This document shows positions 10,175-19,060 of a stretch of 37,440 nt of DNA, piece after piece. The notes below the pieces were generated by a model. The model saw nothing but the letters and a program-made list of their open reading frames with translations, did no database searches and was not told where the DNA came from. Source of the DNA: Chrysochromulina tobinii (taxonomy: Eukaryota); contig JWZX01002884.1 of NCBI GenBank assembly GCA_001275005.1, forward strand, positions 1 to 37,440, given 5' to 3'. Position 1 is the first letter of the stretch. Every line of letters starts with the position of its first letter. Both the position numbers and the translations under genes were made by a program.

Positions 10175-12663
10175 ATGGGTGTCCGTGCGCCGGCACTGCT
10201 GGTGCTACTCGCAGCGTCGCCGTGGCACGCTCTGCGCATCATGCCTCACGCGCGTGTGCACGCGCCGGTGGGTCGACCACGCCTGCGGCTGCCGCGGCTC
10301 TCGATCATTGATTTTCCTGGAGACTCAGCCGCAGAGAAAGGAGGCAAACAGCCGTCACCAAACAAGCCTGGGGCCGCCGAGTCGCGGCTTCGATTCCCCG
10401 AGGAACGTGAAGGAGCGTGGAGGGCTGCCTCGCGCGACGGTGCCGCCAATGTAGGCTACTACCTCGACGAGCTCTCGCAGCCATTCTGGAGGCGCAACGT
10501 GCGAGTGGAGGTGCTTTCAGAGTACCCAGTGGGTACGCCGGAGGCCAACCCGGAGGTGGGCGGGCGTCAGCGGGAGATCCAGTGGTTTCGCGGCCTGCGC
10601 GACGACCTGCGCCGCAGGCTGCCGCTCTACACCTCCGACTGGGTGGACGGTGTGAGCTCGAGCGGCCGATCGAAATCTCTCGCCGCCATCTCCTTTTTGT
10701 ACTTTGCATGCCTCGCACCGGTGGTCGCCTTCGGTGGCGCGCTCTCCGGGCTCACGCAGGGCGCGATGGGCGTCTCCGAGGTGCGCCTCGCCTGCGTGCT
10801 TTCCTAATATGGGCTCCCGCGCCGTCTCCCTGCACGCTGCATGCAAATGCTCAGCACGGCGCGCAACCATCGCTCCCCTCTTCCCACAGGTACTCCTCTC
10901 ATGTGGGATCTGCGGCATGGGATACGCGGCCCTGTGCGGCCAGCCCATGACCTTCGTCGCTCCGACGGGCCTCACCCTCGCCTTCACCGCCGCCCTCTTC
11001 CGCTACTGTGCCAGCCTCGGACTCCCCTTCTTGCCCATGTATTCGTGGGTAGGTTGCTGGACAGCGCTGCTTCTCGTATGCGGCGCGGCGGTCAACGCGT
11101 CCGGCCTGATACGGTACTGCACGCGATTCACCGAGGACGTCTTCAACGCGTTGCTCGGCGTCAACTTCCTCTGGGAGGCGTCACGCTCGCTCATTCGCGA
11201 CTTCAAGGGCGCCGCCAACCCGGGAGGTGGGTGGCTCGCAACGCTGCGGGAGGCTCGGCATGCATGTGCTCACCACGGCGCGCTCGGTGGCTCGCTCTCC
11301 ACGCTGCGGACGGCTCGGCATGCCTGTGCTCACCACGGCGCGCCCCCCCTCGCCCTCAGGTGGGATGCTCGCGCTCAACATGGGGCTGCTCACCGCGTAC
11401 CTGCTGCAGAAGACGTTCCGAGTTTCGATCGACGCGATACCTCTCACGCAAATGGCGTGAGGGCGTCTCGGACTTTGGCCCCTCGGCGGTGATCATGGGC
11501 CTCTCTGCCCTGTCGCTGCTGCCAGTTCTCGAGCACATCGGCACCTTCTCGCGCCTCTCGATGCCCGGGGGCTTCCAATTGAGCGGAGGGCGAGCGCTCT
11601 TCGTCAACATGCTCGAGCTCGAGCCCACCTACCGGTATCTCGCTCTGATCCCGGCTATCTTTCTCTCGTTGCTCTTCTTCCTGGATCAGGTGATGGCCCT
11701 TGATGGCCACTGATGGCCACTGATGGCCATCGGGTGTCATTGTTTGCCACTGATTGCCACTGATGACCTCGCCAAGTTCGCACTGATGGCCACTGATGGC
11801 CATCGGGTGTCATTGATTGCCACTGATTGCCACTGATTGCCACTGATTGCCACTGATGACCTCGCCAAGTTCGCACTGATGGCCACGGATTGCCACTGAT
11901 GGCCACTGATGACCTCGCCAAGTTCGCACTGATGGCCACTGATTGCCACTGATGGCCACTGATGACCTCGCCAAGTTCGCCGCTCCTCTGCCTTGATCAG
12001 AACATCACCGTGCGGACAGTCAACTCGCCCTCGCACAAGCTGCGCAAGGGGCAAGCGTACCACCTCGACCTATGTGCGCTCGGCGTGCTCACGCTCTTCG
12101 CCTCGCTGACGGGGCTTCCGTGGATGTGTTCGGCGACCGTACAGTCGCTCAACCATGTACGCGCGATGACTGTCTACAGGAAGATCAAGCCCAAGGACGG
12201 GCCCGAGCTCGAGGTGCCAGATTACGTGGTCGAGACACGGGTCACCGGATTCGGCGTGCATGCCGCCGTACTGTGCTCCGCCCTCGCAATCCCGACACTC
12301 TCGCTCGTGCCCTTGCCTGTCGTCGCGGGGGTCTTCCTCTACCTAGGGCGCAAGGTCATGACAGGTAACCAGTTCATCCGCCGGTGCAAGCAGCTCTTCC
12401 TTGATGAGGACGAGCTGTGCATCAAGACTGAGGGCGAGAAAGAGCAAGTGATCCTCGGGCGTAAGGCCGTCTGGCGCTTCACGGCGATGCAGGTCCTGTG
12501 CCTCACCATCCTCTGGTGCCTCAAGCTCACGCCCAGCACGGCGCTCATCTTCCCGTCGGTCATTGGCGTGCTCATGATCCTTCGATCCAAGCTCATCCCG
12601 AAGCTGTTCACAGGTCGCGAACTCATGCTCCTCGACACCGCGATCGGTGCCACGAGCGCATGA
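10175..12663 (+). CDS. SLC4/BOR-family bicarbonate transporter, plastid-targeting-like N-terminus; exons 10175-10780, 10890-11226, 11360-11689, 12001-12663; +1 frameshift at 11416-11417
   Basis: FRGLRDDLRRRLPLYTSDW, SFLYFACLAPVVAFGG, GQP, YCTRFTEDVF, SDFGP, FFLDQNIT...HKLRKGQAYHLDL, GLPWMCSATVQSLNHVRAM, VVETRVTG and GVFLYLG are SLC4 transmembrane signatures. Confidence 0.9.
11690..12000 (+). repeat. Intron filled with 10-bp GAT(G/T)GCCACT satellite plus gatgacctcgccaagttcgc higher-order units
   Basis: cag|gtgatg...ccttgatcag|aacatc joins FFLDQ to NITV. Confidence 0.9.
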
Positions 12664-13261
12664 GCCCGCACGCGCGATCCACGGCACTGCCCGACACGGC
12701 GCTACATGACACGTGAGCGCTCGCAGTTGCACCACGCCTGAGCCTGCGCAGTCGCGCCGAAACCGAAGATTTCGACTACGTTCCGATATGTCCAACATGC
12801 ATGTGCATATGCTCTGCTCCCAATACAGTAACTCAACAGTACAGTACGGTACCGGGCGAGTGTGCGTGGATCCACGACCACGTGCGGTTCGGTGCGCTTA
12901 GTCGGTGCGGTTCTGTGCTGTGTGGTGGATGAACATCAAGACATGAAGAACACGGTCCCGCAGTGCGGCGTTTGAGGTGATTGGACTGTGCATTGACCTA
13001 CTCGTGGATTTCAATTTTCCCTTGCCTATATTCACGGCCCGAAAAAACTTGGTACATTGTGTTGATTTGTCGGCACGCACACTCGCTTTGAAGTCTGTGC
13101 ATAACGCCGCGAGCGCGCGCATGCTCCATGTCTCGTGTGGGGTCATCTAAGGTGTGTGTATTCTGAGCGGGTTACCACCGCTTGCCGCTTGAACCTTAAC
13201 AGCCTGAACGTTCACACGAGACGAAGCGCATGAAGCGCTTTTTTCGGACGACTTGTGGTCC

Positions 13262-14203
13262 ATGTCTGAATCAGACGATGACCTCTTCGCGCACGCGGAA
13301 GTCGAGTGCGAGCCTACCTTCCCGCTCTTTCAGCTTTGGGGCGGTCTCGACATCAACCAGATCGTCAATCAGACTGCTCCGGCCATGCCGCTGTCAGCAG
13401 AGTTCATTGCCGCACATGTGTTGGCGGCCAAAACAGGCGGCATCGAGCATCTCGACTTCGATGATCAGGACGTCGGCGACGCAGGTTTGTACGCTCTGGT
13501 GAAGGCGTGCGAGGCTGCGGGCACGCTCCCGCATCTCGGGCGACTGTCTCTGTCCAACACCAGCGTGAAGACCGAGGGCATTCAGGCGCTGGCGTCCATG
13601 CTCTCAACCTCAGGCGGGAGCCCGGTGCCGCAGCTCAGCGCCCTCAACGTGAGTGGCAACTCTTTCGGAGACAGTGCTCTCTCAGCCATAGGCGGCGCAG
13701 TCGAGAGCGGCAACCTCTCCACTCTGCGCAAGCTCTACATGGACCGCACGCTCATCGGCGATGATGGGTTGGCTGACTTTGCCGCCGCGGCGAGCAGCCG
13801 GCCCGGGCTGCTCCCGAGCTTGTACGAGCTCTGGCTGAGCAATAACCACATTGGAGACTGGGGCGCGAGGGCATTGTGTGATGCCCTCGGCCGCGGCGGC
13901 GCCATGCCAAATCTGGGAGACTTGAGATTGCAATATAATCGGGTTGGTGATGCGACGGCTACCGCGCTCGTGGCGGCGGCGGCAGCGGGCGCGCTGCGCA
14001 ACATGTGGTACCTCGGCCTCAACGACAATCAGTTCACCGATGAGGGCCTCGTGGCGATCGGATCCAGCCTCAGCGCGGGCGCGTTGCCCAAACTCGAGTT
14101 CCTCACAGTGCAGGGCAGCAGCGCCTCTGCGGACGCAGCCCAGCGGGTGCAGAGCGCTCTCACTGCCAGGCGCAAGAGGAGCCTCGAGGAGCGGCAGACT
14201 TGA
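13262..14203 (+). CDS. Leucine-rich repeat protein (RI-like/NLRC3-type repeats)
   Basis: Repeated LxxLxLxxNxIGDxGxxAL units (LYELWLSNNHIGDWGARAL, LGDLRLQYNRVGD, YLGLNDNQFTDEG). Confidence 0.85.
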   Translation: MSESDDDLFAHAEVECEPTFPLFQLWGGLDINQIVNQTAPAMPLSAEFIAAHVLAAKTGGIEHLDFDDQDVGDAGLYALVKACEAAGTLPHLGRLSLSNTSVKTEGIQALASMLSTSGGSPVPQLSALNVSGNSFGDSALSAIGGAVESGNLSTLRKLYMDRTLIGDDGLADFAAAASSRPGLLPSLYELWLSNNHIGDWGARALCDALGRGGAMPNLGDLRLQYNRVGDATATALVAAAAAGALRNMWYLGLNDNQFTDEGLVAIGSSLSAGALPKLEFLTVQGSSASADAAQRVQSALTARRKRSLEERQT

Positions 14204-14282
14204 ACGAATTAGCATTGTGAAAAACGTAAAACGGACCTTTTTGGTGTGATCAGGAGCACCTAGAATAGGACGCCGCCGCCGC

Positions 14283-15951
14283 ATGACAGACATGGTGTCA
14301 CGATGGTGGCGACGATTTGAGGTATGGTGCGCTGGGCTGCTTGTGGCCGAGACGCTCCTAACGGCCCTCATCGTGCTCAAGCGTCCGTACACGGAGATTG
14401 ATTGGAAGGCGTACATGGAGGAGGTAAAGGGTCCGATCGATGAGGGCACCTTCGATTACATGCAGCTGCGAGGTGCCACGGGCCCACTCGTCTACCCTGG
14501 CGGCTTCGTTGCTCTCTACGGGGCTCTGCGCGCGCTCGCGGGCGGCGACGGCTCCGACATCCGCACAGCGCAATGGGCCTTTGTTGGCGTGTACGTTGGG
14601 ACGCACGCTCTCGCGGCGGCGTGCTACGCGGCTGCACGGCCACGCTCCATGCCACCGTGGGCACTGCTCCTCCTGTGCATCTCGCTCCGCCTGCACTCCA
14701 TCTACGTGCTGCGCCTCTTCAACGACTGCTGGGCCATGCTGCTAGCGTGGGCTTCCTTCGCCCTCTTCTGCAGAGGTCGCTGGGTGGTGGGTTGCGTGTG
14801 CTTCTCGCTGGGCGTGGGCGTCAAGATGAGCGTGCTCCTATACGCCCCCGGGCTGCTCTTCCTGCTCCTCGAGGCGCACGGCATCGCCGGGGCCGTCTGC
14901 CACATTGCGATCTGTGCCTTGGTGCAACTCGTCCTCGGGCTGCCCTTCCTGTTGACGAACCCCGTCGGTTACCTTCTGCGTGCTTTTGGGGGCTTCGGCG
15001 ACCTGAACCAAAAATGGTCGGTCAACTGGAAGATGCTCCCAGCGCAGCTCTTCCAAGCGCGCGCCTTCGCGCCGGGGCTCCTCCTCCTCCACCTATGCAC
15101 CCTCGGCTTGCTGGCGAGGTATCGCTGGGGTACCCGCGATGAAGGAGGTGTGGTGCGTGCTCTCAAACGCGCACCGCTGCCGCTGGGCGCGCTGGTGCAG
15201 CGGCGGCTGTCGGCGACGCACGTGCTAACAGTCCTGCTCGGCTCCATGGCGGTCGGCGTCGTCTTCGCTCGGTCGCTCCACTACCAGTTTTACTGCTGGT
15301 ATTGGCACTCACTGCCGTGGCTGCTGTGGCGGAGCACGTCGTTCCCAGTGCCTGCGAAGCTCGTGTGCTTTGCTCTTCTTGAGTACGCTGATTGGCACGG
15401 ATGGCCACTGACTGCCTCTCGAGTGCCTCCTGTGACCGCCAATTGCACACCTCATCAGGTACGCGTGGAGCTACGGCGTGGACAGAGCAGATGGCACGCC
15501 AACACCACGGTCCTCAATCTCGCTGCAGCTCGCGCATCTCCTCCTCCTCATCGCGCTCGGCATGGCGCCGCCCACAACGGCGCTCGAATGCGTGCCTGCG
15601 CCGCCGGATGAGGGCGCCTATGCCCACGACGGCGCTGCGGACTTGGCCGCTGCCATAGTCCTCGTCAACAACGAGCACGCCGACGAGGTGGCGGCCCTCG
15701 CAGCACGTCGAGGTGCCGTCTCGCCTGCCGACGCGCGTGGTGCGCTGCTCATCGCAGCCGATGGCACAAGCGGCGAGCTCTCGATCCAGCTCTGGGAGGG
15801 GCGTATCGTGTGCGTGAGCACAAATGGCTCCGCTCTCAAACACAATGTGGTCCCTGAGCGGATGGAACGAGACGTTGTGGCGGGCAGCAGGCGGCAGAGG
15901 TACACAAGTGAAGAGCTGCTCGACAGGATCCAGCGGGCCGCGCGGGAATGA
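14283..15951 (+). CDS. ALG3: Dol-P-Man alpha-1,3-mannosyltransferase ALG3 with C-terminal extension; exons 14283-15382, 15459-15951 (about 530 aa)
   Basis: PYTEIDWKAYM, GATGPLVYPGG, RLHSIYVLRLFND, GVKM, KWSVNWK, ARSLHYQFY; 76-nt intron ga|gtacgc...cctcatcag restores LEYAWS...SS...AHLLLL. Confidence 0.92.
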
Positions 15952-16751
15952 GAGGGTGGGGTACCAGGATGGAAGGTCATTTCGATAAAATGAGAGGGAC
16001 CACCATGTTGGAAGGTTCATTAATCATAGAGGGTGCCGCGTGGAGGGTTCGTGCATTGAGATTGATAGAACTTGACATCGATCGCTTCTCGACCGTTCTA
16101 CGGACTACGCGCCGCGCGCGACGTTCTACTTCTAGCCTACTTCTCAAGCCCCGTGCCACTTGCACCTCAAACTCGCGTAGCGCCGGCCCTGATCCCGAGC
16201 TTAGCCTGAGGTATGGACCTCGTCCGGAGCGGTCGACGGGGGTAGACGGGGGGATCGTCCAGTCGGATCGCCTTTTTCGGCACACGCGGCGCTAAACCGG
16301 CTGTGTACGTGTGTAAGCACGACCGCGCCGGGCGGCGCAACTGCATCGTCGCGCCAACCGCCGCGCGCCTATGCATCGCACCACATTCGCGTGGAACGGC
16401 ATCGGCAAAACCGCAACCGATCCTCTCATCTCTCCGCGCTTTAGTCCGCGCCCCTCCGTACGCTCGCGGCTCCGGGCGCTGCGCCGTGCCCGGCGAGCGG
16501 CGTGGACGCGACTCGCGAGCCCCATACACCCGGCGTCGCGGCGTCACAGCACAGAGGAACGTGACCAACTCCAATGTATCAGTTTTCTATTTTAGAGCGC
16601 GGGTGGGGGCGCGATTTAACTGAGGCAAAACTGACTGATTGGCTGACCGTTTTGATTTTTGTACCGCCGGGGCTATACGGCTGTGATCGATTGAATGATG
16701 AATTCGGCCTGAGGAGGTGTCAGCCGAGCTTCGCTGCTGCTTGATGACTGC

Positions 16752-17942
16752 TTAATGTTCATCCTCCGGGTTCAAAGCCGTCTTGCGCGTCGCCGGGTCG
16801 GTGTTTCGTTGTTCGCTCGAGCCAAAATTGCCCGTATTGATCGCCCGCCGCTGTTTCACCACGATCTCGCGCGCGGTGCGCACCGAAATCTGCAGTGCCG
16901 ACTTCCTGCTATTGAGTTCGGTGCGCGCGTCTCGCACCGCCCTGAGCGCCTTGTTGATCGCGTCGCGCGCGCCGTCCTCACGCTCTGCGGCGACCTCGGT
17001 TGCCTCGTGCCCTGTCATCTTCGAGGATGGGTTGTATGGCGATGGCAGCCGGCCGATTTCCGATCCCATATTCTTGTCGTCGAGCGGCAGCGTGAGCGGG
17101 GCCATCGGGTTCATTTTCTGGTAGAGGACCGACGTTTTGATGACCGGGTTAGAAAGTACCGGGTCAAAGAGCGAGTCGCGCATGTCCCTGTGCGACTCGA
17201 GGATCGCTTTGATCTCTTGGCACTCCCCCATCTGCTTGATGACCTTCTCTTTGAACGGCACGAGTTCGGCGGCCATGCGGGATGCCGAATCCCTCAGCTT
17301 CTCGAGCTCGGTGACGATTGGCTTATTGGCGACGCCGCTCATTCGGCCCTTCGACTGAGTCAACATCTTCTCCTTCTCGAGCACCTTCTTCACTTCTTCT
17401 CCAATCTCATACTCCGTGGGGAAGCGCTCGTCGCCACTCGCCCAAAGCTCATCGCGCAGCCTATCTTTAAGCTCCTGCATCTCAGTATCATTGAGCTTCC
17501 GCGGGCCGAAGGTAGGACCCTTGGGCCCCTTGGGGCCTGTCTCTTTGGTGGACGCGTGCATGCGCGCGTTGCTCTCCAGAGATACGTGTGCGCTCCTAGC
17601 CGCAGCCTCCAGCTCAGCAATCGTGCCATTGACGACCGCCATGGCTTGCTCGAGACGCGCTATCGAGTGGTCCGTCGTGCGCACGGCCGCGGCCAGCTCC
17701 TTGAAGAGTGAACGCGATGCCTTCTTCTGTCGAGGCGTCAGCGGCGATGCCGCTGTGGCGGAGTTGGGCTTCACAGGGCTCGGAACCGGGCTCCCAGACC
17801 GCCCCGGGCTTCCTGGACGCCCAGGGCTACGCCCTCGAGGCGCAGACGCAGCACGTCCCTTTGATGCGGCTGCGCCAAAGCCGGCAATCTTTGGAACGGG
17901 CGACGGCGGTAGCGCGACTGGGGGCGGTGGGGCAGGAGGCAT
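16752..17942 (-). CDS. Coiled-coil protein with Pro-rich N-terminus (weak tektin-like resemblance)
   Basis: 396-aa ORF from ATG 17942; long heptad-rich helices. Family assignment is tentative. Confidence 0.65.
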   Translation of the reverse strand: MPPAPPPPVALPPSPVPKIAGFGAAASKGRAASAPRGRSPGRPGSPGRSGSPVPSPVKPNSATAASPLTPRQKKASRSLFKELAAAVRTTDHSIARLEQAMAVVNGTIAELEAAARSAHVSLESNARMHASTKETGPKGPKGPTFGPRKLNDTEMQELKDRLRDELWASGDERFPTEYEIGEEVKKVLEKEKMLTQSKGRMSGVANKPIVTELEKLRDSASRMAAELVPFKEKVIKQMGECQEIKAILESHRDMRDSLFDPVLSNPVIKTSVLYQKMNPMAPLTLPLDDKNMGSEIGRLPSPYNPSSKMTGHEATEVAAEREDGARDAINKALRAVRDARTELNSRKSALQISVRTAREIVVKQRRAINTGNFGSSEQRNTDPATRKTALNPEDEH

Positions 17943-18164
17943 CACGCCGGCGCCCGGCCGTCGAGGATCCACGGCCGTCACGAATTTCGAGTCGCGTTGT
18001 CGCGGCAAGGTCGCGAAGTGTCCAAACCCGATTTCGAGTCCGTGAAAAAGAGGGACACCATGAAGCAGCCTAATCAGACCCTCAGTTCTACACGGGACAC
18101 GGGACTCGGTTCAGCCGATTCCGTGCAGGATCTCGCGTCGAGATCGTTCTTTCGCCGAGCCTCG

Positions 18165-18905
18165 ATGCCGTGCTCGATGCCGCGTTCATTGATTCTCTTG
18201 TCGACCCATGTGGTCGCGAGCGCCGCGTTTGGGACGTCTGAAGTGTCCAAAGCGATGCGTCCTGCATCCTGGTTTCCCGGGGCCGTTGCACCCTCGTACC
18301 TCGATGGAACGCTTGCAGGCGACGTCGGCTTCGACCCTTATGCACTCGCCGCGCTCGCGCCAACTGGCGCAAGCGTCGACCAGGGTCCGTGGAGTGGTAC
18401 GGATCGCAAGTCACGGATGGTTATGGCCACAGACTACGAGAAGCGTCGCAAGGTCATGTGGATGCGCGAGGCCGAGATCAAGCACAGCCGCATCGCCATG
18501 ATGGCAGCCGCAGGCTGGCCGATCTCGGAGCTACTCGACGGGCCGCTAAGCCGCTTGCTGGGCCTGCCCACGCTTCTTGCCGACGGTGGCCGTGCGCCAT
18601 CGCTCTTCGCCCTCTCGGGGCCCCAAGGAGGCTTCGTGCTGCTTGCCATGCTCTCGACCGCCGTCCTCGAGCTGAAGACACTGGACAACGTCGCTGGCCT
18701 CACGCCGACCGGGTACGTGGCTGGCGACCTCAAGTGGGATCCGCTCGAGCTGAGGAGCAAGCGGAAAGACATGGACCTCGCTGAGATAAAGCATGGGCGT
18801 CTGGCGATGCTCGCGGTCACCGGTATGGCCGTGCAGGAGTTTTTCTGGGGCACGCCCGTCGTTGAGCAAACCCCCCAGTTCTTCAAGCCGATCGGCTTCT
18901 ATTGA
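18165..18905 (+). CDS. Chlorophyll a/c-binding light-harvesting protein (probably Lhcz-like)
   Basis: Signal ending VASAAF; LDGTLAGDVGFDP, MREAEIKHSRIAMMAAAGWP, GRAPS, AGDLKWDPL, AEIKHGRLAMLA. Start is at 18165 or 18177. Confidence 0.92.
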   Translation: MPCSMPRSLILLSTHVVASAAFGTSEVSKAMRPASWFPGAVAPSYLDGTLAGDVGFDPYALAALAPTGASVDQGPWSGTDRKSRMVMATDYEKRRKVMWMREAEIKHSRIAMMAAAGWPISELLDGPLSRLLGLPTLLADGGRAPSLFALSGPQGGFVLLAMLSTAVLELKTLDNVAGLTPTGYVAGDLKWDPLELRSKRKDMDLAEIKHGRLAMLAVTGMAVQEFFWGTPVVEQTPQFFKPIGFY

Positions 18906-19060
18906 GATATGCAAGACATGCTCAAATATTACGTCGGGTCCCGTAGAGCACGTGTCGGTGAGGGCGAGCGGTAGGGGAGCGGGGTAGTCAGAACCGGGTA
19001 ACCGGGACAAAAAATCCAAATATGGGTGTGAACCCGCTGTGAACGTTTTTCGCGCTCTAC

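Noticed and set aside
11444..12063. ORFs with AISGHQW / SEAIR repeat peptides (also 19906-20593, 20730-21614)
   Set aside because: Translations of intronic satellites.
16081..16100. U2 snRNA 5' end (atcgcttctcg)
   Set aside because: Only 11 nt match; no GTAGTA branch-pairing region or Sm site follows.
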